In this document: positions 25,720-35,706 of the stretch, piece after piece
Layout: the number at the start of each line of letters is the position of its first letter
How positions within the stretch are numbered: position 1 is the first letter of the stretch
Origin: Acidimicrobium ferrooxidans DSM 10331
GTDB taxonomy: Bacteria > Actinomycetota > Acidimicrobiia > Acidimicrobiales > Ilumatobacteraceae
DNA length: 48,841 nt
Assembly (NCBI GenBank): GCA_945865395.1
Contig: CAMBDT010000001.1
Location: 1-48,841, forward strand
Direction: 5' to 3'
Made by a program: the position numbers and the translations under genes
The notes under the pieces: generated by a model
What the model was told of the DNA's origin: nothing
What the model saw: the letters and a program-made list of their open reading frames with translations, nothing else
Database searches by the model: none

Positions 25720-27726
25720 TTAGTTTTCGGTAGTTTCGCTAGTTTTTCGCGTCACGCCAGGCGATGGCTCGACAATTTGTGGTCGGCCGAGGCCTTCTTG
25801 AACCAAACGAGAGACGGTTGCGCCGTCGATTGTCTCTTGCTCGAGCAGACTTTGGGCGACGAGGTCGAGACCAGCGCGATTTTTTTCGAGCAACACCTTG
25901 GCTCGGGCTTCTTGTTCGCGCAAGATCAAACCAATTTCTGAGTCGATCATGCGTGCAGTCTCGTCTGAATATTCGCGACCGTTAGTCATCAAATCTTCGC
26001 CCAGAAAAACTTGTTGTTGCGAACTCCAGGCCATAGGTCCGACGGCATCGCTCATGCCCCATTCGCGCACCATGCGGCGGGCGATCGAAGTTGCTTGTTC
26101 AAGGTCGTTGGCCGCGCCACTATTCAGATGTCCAAAGACGATCATTTCGGCGACACGACCGCCCATTGCTTTGCAGATCATGTCTTTGAAATAGTCGCGT
26201 GAATATGTATGGCGTTCTTCTGGAAGTGTCCATGTGACACCGAGTGCCATACCACGCGGCAAAATCGTGACTTTGTGTAGCGGGTCGCTGTGGGGCAGAA
26301 CAGTTGCAAGCACAGCATGACCACCTTCGTGATATGCAGTTGCTCGCTTTTCTTCGGCGTTGAGAATCAAACTTTCACGACGGGCACCCATGATCACTCG
26401 ATCTCGAGCGTTTTCGAAATCGATGTGTTCGATCACTTTTGATCCGCGTCGAACAGCGAGCAACGCCGATTCATTGACCAGGTTTGCGAGATCGGCACCA
26501 CTCATGCCAGGCGTCGCCTTGGCCATCGTGTCGAGTACGACATCGGTACCCATTCGCTTGCCTTTTGAATGCACGGTGAGAATTGCAAGACGCTCTTCGC
26601 ATTCTGGCAACGGCATGATTACTTGGCGATCGAATCGACCCGGGCGCAACAGCGCGGCATCCAAAATGTCGGGGCGGTTTGTTGCCGCCATCACGATGAC
26701 GCCTTCGGTAGTTTCAAAGCCGTCCATTTCGGCGAGCAACTGATTGAGAGTTTGCTCACGCTCGTCGTGACCGCCACCAAGGCCGGCACCGCGCTTGCGA
26801 CCAATTGAGTCAATTTCGTCGACGAAGATAATTGCTCGACCCATTTTTCGTGCCTGTTGGAACAGGTCACGAACTCGGCTTGCACCGACGCCAACGAACA
26901 TCTCCATGAAGTCAGAACCAGTGACTGACAAGAAACCCACACCGGCCTCACCGGCAACCGCACGAGCGAAAAGCGTTTTACCAGTGCCAGGAGGGCCGAC
27001 CAAGAGCACACCCTTTGGCACGCGAGCGCCGATTTCTTTGAAGCTTTCTGGCATCTTTAAGAAATCGACGACTTCTCGAATCTCTTGCTTTACACCTTCG
27101 TAGCCGGCGACGTCGGCGAAAGTAGTTGCAGGTTTGTCAGCGTTGTAGTCTTTGGCGCGACTTCGACCAATCGACATGATGCTGCCGGCTTGGCCCATTG
27201 CACGCTTTTGCATCCAAAAGAAAAAGCCCATGATCAAAATGAATGGCAACAACAGCGGAATCAAATTTGTGAAGAAGTTGCCCTGCGGGGTCGAGTAGTC
27301 GTAGTCGACGCCTTTTTCTTTGAGCAAAGTTTCATCCGCGTCAGATAGAGCGACTGCACCAGTCGTGACGAACTCGCCACCATCTTTGAGCGTGCCGCTA
27401 ATTTGGTTCGACAGGTTGTTGATCTCGACTTGTTTGATTTGACCTTGTTTGACGAGTTCTAGAAATTCGGTGTAGGTAAATTTTGTTGCCGTTGAGGTTG
27501 GCCAAATTCGGGGGCCGGCGATCAACAGAACGACGACGGCGACGATCGCCCAAGTTGCCCAACGGGGCATGCTCGGCTTGTCGGTTTCGCTCTTGACATT
27601 TGATTTAGTTTTTGAGGTCTTTTTTGATTTTTTGCCGAGAAATTTTACGGGCTTCTTGCGCGCAACAGGCTTGCGTTTTGATGACGAAGGCTTTGCTGGT
27701 GGTGGTGGAGGTGGGAGTTTGGTCAC
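25720..27726 (-). CDS. ftsH: ATP-dependent zinc metalloprotease FtsH
   Basis: Walker A GPPGTGKT, Walker B IIFVDEID, zinc site HEGGH. The start is uncertain: GTG 27724-27726 gives a 52-aa Pro/Lys-rich extension, and ATG 27568-27570 gives a canonical N-terminus. Confidence 0.95.
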   Translation of the reverse strand: MTKLPPPPPPAKPSSSKRKPVARKKPVKFLGKKSKKTSKTKSNVKSETDKPSMPRWATWAIVAVVVLLIAGPRIWPTSTATKFTYTEFLELVKQGQIKQVEINNLSNQISGTLKDGGEFVTTGAVALSDADETLLKEKGVDYDYSTPQGNFFTNLIPLLLPFILIMGFFFWMQKRAMGQAGSIMSIGRSRAKDYNADKPATTFADVAGYEGVKQEIREVVDFLKMPESFKEIGARVPKGVLLVGPPGTGKTLFARAVAGEAGVGFLSVTGSDFMEMFVGVGASRVRDLFQQARKMGRAIIFVDEIDSIGRKRGAGLGGGHDEREQTLNQLLAEMDGFETTEGVIVMAATNRPDILDAALLRPGRFDRQVIMPLPECEERLAILTVHSKGKRMGTDVVLDTMAKATPGMSGADLANLVNESALLAVRRGSKVIEHIDFENARDRVIMGARRESLILNAEEKRATAYHEGGHAVLATVLPHSDPLHKVTILPRGMALGVTWTLPEERHTYSRDYFKDMICKAMGGRVAEMIVFGHLNSGAANDLEQATSIARRMVREWGMSDAVGPMAWSSQQQVFLGEDLMTNGREYSDETARMIDSEIGLILREQEARAKVLLEKNRAGLDLVAQSLLEQETIDGATVSRLVQEGLGRPQIVEPSPGVTRKTSETTEN

Positions 27727-27833
27727 GGTTTCAATGATACGACCCGATACTCAGAGTGCACAAGGTGATTGTTTGACAGTTGCACGCTTCGAAATCCACT
27801 GTGGCAGTCGTCTCATCAATTAATGTAATTGTC

Positions 27834-28064
27834 ATGGTTCGTCGTTGTTCACGTTGCACATGCAATGAACTTGCTTCAATAACTTTGACTTACCAATACA
27901 GTCGCGCACTTGTGTGGATAGACGACCTGACTGCTGAGCGAGATCCGCATGCATACGACCTGTGTGATCGACACGGTGTAAAAATCACGGCTCCGTCTGG
28001 TTGGAGGCTTGAAGATCGCCGCAACCGATTTAGAGTTGTGATGCCAAACCGCCTAGCGGGATGA
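27834..28064 (+). CDS. DUF3499-like zinc-ribbon protein
   Basis: MVRRCSRCTCNE...LCDRH...APSGWRLEDRR matches the recalled DUF3499 pattern (Rv3258c-like) and sits in conserved pmm synteny. I prefer ATG 27834 over the track TTG at 27780. Confidence 0.6.
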   Translation: MVRRCSRCTCNELASITLTYQYSRALVWIDDLTAERDPHAYDLCDRHGVKITAPSGWRLEDRRNRFRVVMPNRLAG

Positions 28065-28804
28065 ACCCATCGCCTTGGGCTCCGCCGTATGGTCAGGAGC
28101 CGGCAGGTTTAAAGAAGTTTTCGATAAAAGTTGCGGTATTCGCATGGAGTGCAAGTTATGCGGTCGCGCTAGTTATAAGTTCGGCGATTTTGGTTGCGAC
28201 CGACAACTCAGATCTGGTTGCTGGCCAAGAACCAAAATGGTTTCTTGGTGTTTCGGCGCTCGCTCTCTGGTTGCCGTACGCGATTGGTTTATATTTAATT
28301 TCGAAAAAGTTTGGCAGTGGAGTTTTTTCGAAAGACTATTTCTTGATTTTTCGCAAAATCGATCTCTGGGGTGTGCCGATTGGTGTGGCTAGTCAGTTGC
28401 TGTTGGTTGGGTTGGTGACTTGGCCATTTCGCTTGGCGTTTCCCGAAAAGTTTGCGCCCGAGCTTGTCGAAAAAAGAGCGCGAGATTTGTTTGACAACGC
28501 CACTGGTGGTTGGCTGATCGTTTTGATCATTGTTGTGGTTTTTGGTGCGCCATTCGTCGAAGAGTTGGTTTATCGCGGATTGATTCAGTCGAGTTTGGGC
28601 GGTCGTTTTAGCGGAATCGTTGCAATGGTGATAACTGCAGTTTGGTTTGCTGCGGTGCATCTGCAACTTGTCGAGTTTCCGGGACTGTTGGCGTTCGCCC
28701 TTGTTTTGGGGTACTGCTTTTATCGCACGAAGCGACTCGGCATGTCGGTAATTGCCCACGTCGCGTTCAACGCAACAGGCCTATTGCTTGTTGCGACACT
28801 CTAG
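28061..28804 (+). CDS. CPBP (CAAX/Abi) family intramembrane glutamic metalloprotease
   Basis: Motifs FVEELVYRG (EExxxR), FAAVH and HVAFN. ATGA overlap with the DUF3499-like gene. Confidence 0.8.
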   Translation: MNPSPWAPPYGQEPAGLKKFSIKVAVFAWSASYAVALVISSAILVATDNSDLVAGQEPKWFLGVSALALWLPYAIGLYLISKKFGSGVFSKDYFLIFRKIDLWGVPIGVASQLLLVGLVTWPFRLAFPEKFAPELVEKRARDLFDNATGGWLIVLIIVVVFGAPFVEELVYRGLIQSSLGGRFSGIVAMVITAVWFAAVHLQLVEFPGLLAFALVLGYCFYRTKRLGMSVIAHVAFNATGLLLVATL

Positions 28805-28841
28805 AAACTCGTCAGTTGCCCACAGGTAGAGTTTCTCTGCA

Positions 28842-31241
28842 GTGAAACAATTTTTTTCTAGGCGTTGGTCTGCTGAGCAAATTACTTCAGCAGCAGTAGT
28901 CGCTGGCTCAACACTGATGTTGCTGATGACGCTGCACCCCGAGTTGATTTTGCGCAACAACACGCCAACAGGTGGCGACATGGGCGCACATGTATATGGC
29001 CCTGCGTATTTGCGAGATTTTTTGCTGCCGCATTTTCGACTCACCGGTTGGAGTAACGACTGGTACTCGGGGTTTCCGATGTATCGCTTCTATATGGTTG
29101 TTCCGGCAATCGCAGTTTTGCTTGTCGATCTGATTTTGCCTTACGGCATCGCGCTCAAGATGATTGCGGTCTTGGGCATCTTGACTTTGCCTGTTTGCAC
29201 TTGGCTGTTCGGCAAGTTCGCAAAATTTTTGTTTCCGATTCCTGAATTGTTGACTCTTGCATCGGTCGTTTTTTTATATGACGAGAGTTTCACGATCTAC
29301 GGTGGCAACATCGCATCGACCATGGCGGGTGAGTTTTCGTTCTCGATTTCGTTGTCGTTGGCGGTTTTGGGTTTCGGTCTTTTGATTCGCGCATTCAGAG
29401 AACATCGCGGCAAAATGATCACTGCTGTTGTCATCGCCTTGAGTGCGCTGAGTCACGGCATCGTGCTGTTGTTCGTTTTTGGTGGCGTCGTGTTGCTTGC
29501 GGCAGTTTGGTATGAGCGCCGAAGCACAATTACGGCGACGACAGTTTCGATTACGGCGGTGCTGCTTTCGTCGTTCTGGGTTTTGCCTTTTTTGACTGGT
29601 CATGCATATATGACCGACATGAAATACGAACCTCGACCGAGTGGTGCGAGCGATTCGTTCTGGAGCATGTACTTTCCGTTAACGACTTTTTGGGATGTAG
29701 TGATAACCGGTTTTGCGGTCATTGCGTTTGTGCATTTCATTAAGACTCGAAACCGCGCCGGCATTTGGATGGGCGTGTATTGCGTGGTGTTGGTATTCGG
29801 TGTTTATGTAGGTCGCGAGAGTCTGCCCGTGATCGGCCTGCTATGGAATCCACGGTTGTTGCCGTTTCTTTACTTGTTGCGTTACTACATGATGATCATC
29901 GGTATTTATCAAACTGCAGTTTGGCTGGTGGCGTTTTATAATTTGCAGCAGCTTGGTCGTAAAGCGTTGGTGCAGCAATCTGTTGAAGACATAAAACCTG
30001 TCGAAGCGATCAGCAGTAACCCAAAATTTAATTTGTCGTGGATAACGGCGTTCACCGTTTTGGTTGTCGGAATAATTGGCTTTCGATTTCAAGAAATGCC
30101 TCTCGGCAAACTCACGACCAATGATGCGGGCGAGACTATATATAGGTGGGGATTCATCTCGACCAAAGCGACCAACGACGGCTTTGTGGACGGGTGGGCG
30201 CGGTGGAACTTCACTGGCTATGAGGGCAAGAGTGCCTATGCCGAATATCGGGATGTTGTTGAAACGATGAAGAACATTGGGCAAGACCCAAATCTGGGTT
30301 GTGGTCGGGCGCTCTGGGAGAACAACAGCGAACTGAATAAATATGGCACGACGATGTCGCTGATGCTTTTGCCGCATTGGACAAAAGGTTGTATCGGTTC
30401 AATGGAAGGTCTCAATTTCGAAGCAGCGGGTACGACGCCATATCACTTCATCGCCGCCGCCGCGATGTCGAAACAAAGTAGCAACCCTGTGCGCGAGTTG
30501 CGTTATGACGACAACAACGCCGGTCTCGGTGTGCGTTATTTGCAAGAACTTGGCGTGCGTTATTTCATGGCGTTCACCGCAGAAGCAATTAATCAAGCCA
30601 ACATGCAAGCTGCGCTAACCAAGATCGCCCAAAGCGGGCCTTGGGTGATCTATGAAGTTGCAGACAGCGATTTAGTCGTGCCGCTGACGGTGCAGCCTGT
30701 GATTGTTTCGAGCAATAGTGGTGACCCAAAAGAGCGTTGGCTCGAAATTGGAACAAGTTGGTTTCAGCACCCAGAAGATTGGGCAGCAATGCCCGTTAGT
30801 GACGGCCCAGATGAGTGGCAGAAAGTTGACGCAGTCATCGACTTGAATCGTCGTCAAGGCGAGCCTGCTGACCCATCGCGCAGGGTTGATATTGTCAAAT
30901 CATCAGAGGCTATAAATGCAGTCGAGTTGTCACCTGTGCAAATCAGCAACACTGTGCTCGAAGACGAGGCGATTAGTTTTACGGTCGACAAAGTTGGCGT
31001 GCCAGTGCTTGTGCGGATGAGTTACTTTCCGAATTGGAAAGTCGACAATGCTCGAGGTCCGTTTCGTGTTGCACCGAACATGATGGTTGTGATTCCGTCT
31101 GAGAAGAACGTTCGGTTACATTACGGTTACAGCGCCGTAGATTTTCTTGCCTATTTCATGACGCTCGTCGGCATTGGCACATTGGCTGTGCGCTGGCGTG
31201 GTCGTCAAGTTGCGCGAAGACGCAAATTGTTGAGCCGCTAG
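28842..31241 (+). CDS. large polytopic membrane protein, GT-C/YfhO-like or PTPS-related membrane family
   Basis: 799 aa, GTG start. N-terminus TPTGGDMGAHVYGP..GWSNDWYSGFPMYRFY, about 11 helices, a roughly 400-aa hydrophilic domain, a terminal TM helix and an Arg-rich tail. The family call is by recalled pattern only. Confidence 0.45.
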   Translation: MKQFFSRRWSAEQITSAAVVAGSTLMLLMTLHPELILRNNTPTGGDMGAHVYGPAYLRDFLLPHFRLTGWSNDWYSGFPMYRFYMVVPAIAVLLVDLILPYGIALKMIAVLGILTLPVCTWLFGKFAKFLFPIPELLTLASVVFLYDESFTIYGGNIASTMAGEFSFSISLSLAVLGFGLLIRAFREHRGKMITAVVIALSALSHGIVLLFVFGGVVLLAAVWYERRSTITATTVSITAVLLSSFWVLPFLTGHAYMTDMKYEPRPSGASDSFWSMYFPLTTFWDVVITGFAVIAFVHFIKTRNRAGIWMGVYCVVLVFGVYVGRESLPVIGLLWNPRLLPFLYLLRYYMMIIGIYQTAVWLVAFYNLQQLGRKALVQQSVEDIKPVEAISSNPKFNLSWITAFTVLVVGIIGFRFQEMPLGKLTTNDAGETIYRWGFISTKATNDGFVDGWARWNFTGYEGKSAYAEYRDVVETMKNIGQDPNLGCGRALWENNSELNKYGTTMSLMLLPHWTKGCIGSMEGLNFEAAGTTPYHFIAAAAMSKQSSNPVRELRYDDNNAGLGVRYLQELGVRYFMAFTAEAINQANMQAALTKIAQSGPWVIYEVADSDLVVPLTVQPVIVSSNSGDPKERWLEIGTSWFQHPEDWAAMPVSDGPDEWQKVDAVIDLNRRQGEPADPSRRVDIVKSSEAINAVELSPVQISNTVLEDEAISFTVDKVGVPVLVRMSYFPNWKVDNARGPFRVAPNMMVVIPSEKNVRLHYGYSAVDFLAYFMTLVGIGTLAVRWRGRQVARRRKLLSR

Positions 31242-31252
31242 TCTTTACGGTC

Positions 31253-32605
31253 GTGCCGAATCTAGAAGCAGTCGTCAAGGCTTACGACATTCGGGGCACG
31301 GTGCCCGATCAACTTGATGCAACTCTCGCTCACGCGCTCGGCGTGGCGTTCGCAAAATTCTCGGAGGCGAAGACTATTGTCGTCGCACATGACATGCGTC
31401 CGAGTGGGATAGATCTTGTCGAGGCGTTTCAAAATGGGCTGACTGAGCAGGGAGTTGATGTCATCAATCTCGGTCTGGCGAGCACCGACATGCTTTATTT
31501 TGCTTCGGGCAAGTTGAATGCGCCGGGGGCGATGTTTACGGCCTCGCATAACCCGGCTCAATACAACGGCATCAAATGTTGTTTGTCTGGGGCGCGTTCA
31601 ATCGGTATAGATAACGGTTTGCGTGAGATGAAGGCGATCGCGCAAGATGTTTTGAACGCCAACGGTCCGTCGCCCGCCAAGACTCGAGGCGAGGTTACAA
31701 AAAAGAACATGCTCGCAGAGTTCGTCGACCATGTAGTCGGTTTTATCGATGTCGAGAATATCTCAAAGTTGCGAGTCGTGGCTGACACGGCAAACGGCAT
31801 GGGTGGTTTGGTGGCGCCTGCAGTTTTTGATCGACTCAAAAAGTTTGAGATTGAAATCATGTACGGCGAACTCGACGGCACGTTTCCTAATCATCCTGCA
31901 GACCCAATTCAGCCTGCTAACCAGCGTGATCTGCAAGCCCGCGTCGTGGCCGGCAAGTTCGATGTTGGTCTTGCATTTGATGGTGATGCTGACCGCGTAT
32001 TTTTGGTTGACGAGACCGGCAAGAGTGTTTCTGGCAGCACGACGACTGCGTTGTTAGCTTCTGTATTTTTGCGCGAGAACCCGAGCGCGACGATTTTGTA
32101 CAACTTGATCTGCTCGCGAATCGTGCCAGAGACGATTACGGCACTCGGCGGCAAACCGATTCGCACGAAAAACGGCCACAGTTATATGAAGCAAGTCATG
32201 GCGCAAACTGGCGCGGTATTTGCGGGCGAACATTCAGGGCACTATTACTTCGCCGACAACTATCGAGCCGACAGTGGGTTGATCGCCACGATGGTCGTAC
32301 TTGGCGAAATGTGTCGCACCGGAAAGTCGCTCTCCGAATTGCGCGAACCATTTGAAAAATACGCCAATAGTGGCGAGATAAATATGCAGGTCGGCGATAT
32401 TCAAGAAGTGATTGATCGAGTAACCAAGCAGTTCGCAAAATATCCACAAGATCACCTGGACGGTTTGACAGTTGATTGCGGCTCGTGGTGGTTCAATGTT
32501 CGACCATCAAACACCGAGCCACTTTTGCGATTGAATCTTGAAGCCGCAACACGCGAAGAGTGCGACGAGCACGTAGCCGAGTTGCTGATGTTGATCACGG
32601 CGTAA
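31253..32605 (+). CDS. pmm: phosphomannomutase/phosphoglucomutase
   Basis: Active-site FTASHNPAQYNGIK and metal loop AFDGDADRVF. 450 aa, GTG start. Confidence 0.85.
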   Translation: MPNLEAVVKAYDIRGTVPDQLDATLAHALGVAFAKFSEAKTIVVAHDMRPSGIDLVEAFQNGLTEQGVDVINLGLASTDMLYFASGKLNAPGAMFTASHNPAQYNGIKCCLSGARSIGIDNGLREMKAIAQDVLNANGPSPAKTRGEVTKKNMLAEFVDHVVGFIDVENISKLRVVADTANGMGGLVAPAVFDRLKKFEIEIMYGELDGTFPNHPADPIQPANQRDLQARVVAGKFDVGLAFDGDADRVFLVDETGKSVSGSTTTALLASVFLRENPSATILYNLICSRIVPETITALGGKPIRTKNGHSYMKQVMAQTGAVFAGEHSGHYYFADNYRADSGLIATMVVLGEMCRTGKSLSELREPFEKYANSGEINMQVGDIQEVIDRVTKQFAKYPQDHLDGLTVDCGSWWFNVRPSNTEPLLRLNLEAATREECDEHVAELLMLITA

Positions 32606-32622
32606 GTGCAGTAAGTGTTATC

Positions 32623-32877
32623 GTGTTAGCCGTGCCAGAAGCAAGTTCATTGATTAATCCACGGCTGCTTGAAATCTTGGCTTGCCCAAAAGACAAAGGC
32701 AATCTGGTCTACTTTGAAGACGAAGAGATGCTCTATAACCCGCGCCTGCAGATGCGCTACCAAGTGCGTCAGGGTATTCCGGTGATGTTGATCGACGAGG
32801 CGACGACCGTTAATCAAGTCGAGCACGAGAGAATCATGGCTAAAGCCGCACAGATGAATTTGAAACCAACTTTTTAG
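32623..32877 (+). CDS. Trm112 family protein
   Basis: [14 protein letters not shown]...[10 protein letters not shown]. The track ORF from 32560 overlaps pmm. In-frame GTG at 32623 or 32632 after the pmm stop (32603-32605) is more plausible. Confidence 0.7.
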   Translation: MLAVPEASSLINPRLLEILACPKDKGNLVYFEDEEMLYNPRLQMRYQVRQGIPVMLIDEATTVNQVEHERIMAKAAQMNLKPTF

Positions 32878-32905
32878 TACAGAAATTCAATTAAACAGGA
32901 GAATC

Positions 32906-34360
32906 ATGGCATCATCATCACTGGCGGCTCGCAAAGATTATCGAGTTGCAGATTTATCACTTGCGCCTTTTGGCAGAAAAGAAATTCACCTCGCCGAGCA
33001 CGAGATGCCAGGCTTGCGCGCATTGCGCAAAGAGTTTGGTGCATCCAAACCGCTGAAGGGTGCGCGAATCTCTGGTTCGCTGCACATGACGATTCAGACG
33101 GCTGTATTGATCGAGACTCTCATTCACCTCGGTGCCGAAGTGCGTTGGGCGAGTTGCAATATTTTCTCGACTCAAGATCATGCGGCTGCCGCCGTTGTAG
33201 TTGGCCCTGAGGGCACGCAAGAAAATCCGCAAGGTGTGCCGGTTTATGCATGGAAGGGTGAAACTCTCGAAGAGTATTGGTGGGCGACAGATCAAATGAT
33301 GACTTGGCCAGACGGTGACGGCCCGAACATGATTTTGGATGACGGCGGAGATGCGACGATGTTGTTGCACAAAGGTGTTGAATATGAAAAAACAGGCGCG
33401 GTTCCTGATCCGACGACGGCGTCAAACCCAGAGTTGGCGATTGTGCTCGGGCTGTTGCAACGCGGTTTGAAAACTAGTCCGAATCGTTGGACGAAAATGT
33501 CGAAACTAATCAAAGGCGTTACCGAAGAAACGACAACTGGCGTCAAGCGTCTCTACAAGATGGCCCAAGACAAAGAACTTTTGTTTCCGGCGATCAATGT
33601 CAATGACAGTGTCACTAAAAGTAAGTTCGACAATCTCTACGGTTGTCGACACTCACTCATCGATGCACTGAATCGTGCCACAGATGTGATGATCGCCGGC
33701 AAGATGGCTGTTGTTTGCGGCTATGGCGACGTGGGCAAAGGTTGTGCGCAGAGTTTGCGCGGACAAGGCGCACGAGTTGTAGTGACTGAGATCGACCCGA
33801 TCAATGCACTACAAGCCGCGATGGAGGGCTACATCGTTGACACGCTTGAAAATGTGCTGAAAGTTGCCGACATTTTTGTAACTGCAACCGGCAATGAAGC
33901 CATCGTTACGGCCGAACATATGTCAAAGATGAAACACAATGCGATCGTCTGCAACATCGGACACTTCGATAACGAGATTGATATGGCAGGCCTTTCGCGA
34001 AGCAACGCAACGCGTGATGAACTCAAACCCGGCACCGATCTTTGGACGTTCAGTGACGGCCACGCAGTAATCGTGTTGGCTGAAGGGCGTTTGGTCAATT
34101 TAGGTTGCGCCACTGGTCACCCAAGTTTTGTGATGAGTTGCTCGTTCACCAACCAAGTGATCGCCCAAATCGAACTGTTCAACAACACCAAGAATTATCC
34201 GTTGGGCGTTTATGTCTTACCGAAACATCTCGATGAAAAAGTTGCTTCGTTGCATCTAGATGCTCTTGGGGCCAAGTTGACGAAACTCTCAGACGAGCAG
34301 TCAGAATATTTGGGTGTGGCACCAAGCGGACCATTTAAGGCTGAGCGGTACCGCTACTAA
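32906..34360 (+). CDS. ahcY: adenosylhomocysteinase
   Basis: 484 aa. [19 protein letters not shown] site [18 protein letters not shown]-terminal tail ..KAERYRY. AGGAG RBS upstream. Confidence 0.95.
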   Translation: MASSSLAARKDYRVADLSLAPFGRKEIHLAEHEMPGLRALRKEFGASKPLKGARISGSLHMTIQTAVLIETLIHLGAEVRWASCNIFSTQDHAAAAVVVGPEGTQENPQGVPVYAWKGETLEEYWWATDQMMTWPDGDGPNMILDDGGDATMLLHKGVEYEKTGAVPDPTTASNPELAIVLGLLQRGLKTSPNRWTKMSKLIKGVTEETTTGVKRLYKMAQDKELLFPAINVNDSVTKSKFDNLYGCRHSLIDALNRATDVMIAGKMAVVCGYGDVGKGCAQSLRGQGARVVVTEIDPINALQAAMEGYIVDTLENVLKVADIFVTATGNEAIVTAEHMSKMKHNAIVCNIGHFDNEIDMAGLSRSNATRDELKPGTDLWTFSDGHAVIVLAEGRLVNLGCATGHPSFVMSCSFTNQVIAQIELFNNTKNYPLGVYVLPKHLDEKVASLHLDALGAKLTKLSDEQSEYLGVAPSGPFKAERYRY

Positions 34361-34958
34361 CTGCCAAACGGGGCAAGAAGAAATGCACTAGCGGGCCGAC
34401 GCCAAAAGCGAAGGCAAAAGTTGCGATGCCAACTTGACCGCCGAGAATCATGCCGACGATTAGAACCGTGATTTCAATTGCGGTGCGACCCACACGAATC
34501 GGAATGCCGCGCTTGGCGAGACCGGTCATTAGTCCGTCGCGTGGTCCTGGCCCAAGTGCGCTGCCGATGTACAGGCCGGTGCCGATCGCAACAGTGACAA
34601 TGCCGACCACGACCATGATGATGCGAATCAAGATATTGTTCGGCTCAGGAATAATTTCAAGTGCAATATCGGCGACCAATCCGATTTCAAGGGCATTGAG
34701 AATTGTGCCGAGTCCTGGCTTTTGTTTGAGTGGTATCCAGAGCGTAAGCAACGCGAAACCAGTCATCACAATGATTTTGCCGATTGAGATTTCGGTTTGT
34801 TTAGCCACACCTTGATGAAAAACATCCCACGGTGGCGCGCCAATATTCGCGTTCATTTGCAACGAGATGCCGACAGCGAAAAGCGCCAAACCGACTAGAC
34901 ATCTGACGAGGCGGCGACCGAGTCTGTCGCGAAATTCGAGTTGCTCAAGGCCTTGCAC
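34335..34958 (-). CDS. YczE/YitT-like integral membrane protein
   Basis: 207 aa. [22 protein letters not shown] matches the recalled YczE family N-terminal pattern. The 3' end overlaps ahcY by 26 nt (convergent). Confidence 0.5.
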   Translation of the reverse strand: MQGLEQLEFRDRLGRRLVRCLVGLALFAVGISLQMNANIGAPPWDVFHQGVAKQTEISIGKIIVMTGFALLTLWIPLKQKPGLGTILNALEIGLVADIALEIIPEPNNILIRIIMVVVGIVTVAIGTGLYIGSALGPGPRDGLMTGLAKRGIPIRVGRTAIEITVLIVGMILGGQVGIATFAFAFGVGPLVHFFLPRLAVSSGTAQP

Positions 34959-35004
34959 GAATACACGCTAGCCAGGGCATCACTAGTCGGCACACACGGT
35001 TGGG

Positions 35005-35706
35005 GTGATGATCAAAGTATTCGATCAAGCTGTGGCAATGCTGGCAGAGCTTTTCGGTTTTATTGTTGGTGCTACTTGCCCTGCATGTGGTCGTATGGCG
35101 ACAACACTCTGCAACTCTTGTCGTGAATCTGTTGTCAGTAGTGATGCCGAGAAGACTTCGTCGACCGAATATCACGGCGATGTGCTCGTTGCATTTGAAT
35201 ACAACTCGAATGTTCGAAAAGCAATCTTGGCATTTAAGTATCGAAATCAAAGATCAAGCCTGCGCTTTCTGGGTGACGCATTGATTTGTCGCGTGCGTAT
35301 TGAGCAGTCTCGATCGCTCGAGAAGATCGACATCGTGACATGGGCTCCGACAACACAAAAACGCATCGTCGAACGCGGCTATGACCACGCAGAGTTGATC
35401 GCAAAATATGTCGCCAAACGATTGCACGTGCCATGCGAAAAAGTTTTAGTTCGGTTGTCAGATCGGCCTCAAACGGGAAAGTCGCGAGAGGCGAGACTTG
35501 TCGGTCCTTCGTTTTCGGCACGAAATTTAGATTTGAAACATCTCTTGCTTGTCGACGATGTAGTGACTACTGGTGCAACACTAAACAGCGCATCTCACGC
35601 GCTTTATCAAGCAGGGGCTGGTCTGGTTACTTGCGTGGCTGTAGCATCAACTGTCTTATGGCAATCCTCGACCGAGTCTTACGCGCTGGCGAAGGCAAGA
35701 AAGTAA
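35005..35706 (+). CDS. comF: ComF family phosphoribosyltransferase-domain protein
   Basis: N-terminal zinc finger CPACG..CNSC and PRTase motif [14 protein letters not shown]. Confidence 0.8.
   Translation: MMIKVFDQAVAMLAELFGFIVGATCPACGRMATTLCNSCRESVVSSDAEKTSSTEYHGDVLVAFEYNSNVRKAILAFKYRNQRSSLRFLGDALICRVRIEQSRSLEKIDIVTWAPTTQKRIVERGYDHAELIAKYVAKRLHVPCEKVLVRLSDRPQTGKSREARLVGPSFSARNLDLKHLLLVDDVVTTGATLNSASHALYQAGAGLVTCVAVASTVLWQSSTESYALAKARK

Noticed and set aside
28803-28836. Hairpin AGAAACTC-N18-GAGTTTCT between the CPBP gene and the 799-aa membrane gene, as a possible terminator or attenuator
   Set aside because: It has an 8-bp AT-rich stem, a large 18-nt loop and no U-tract. It is weak and compatible with chance.
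32878-32905. SAH riboswitch upstream of ahcY
   Set aside because: The intergenic gap is only 28 nt and consists of an AGGAG RBS region. That is too short for the roughly 80-nt SAH element.
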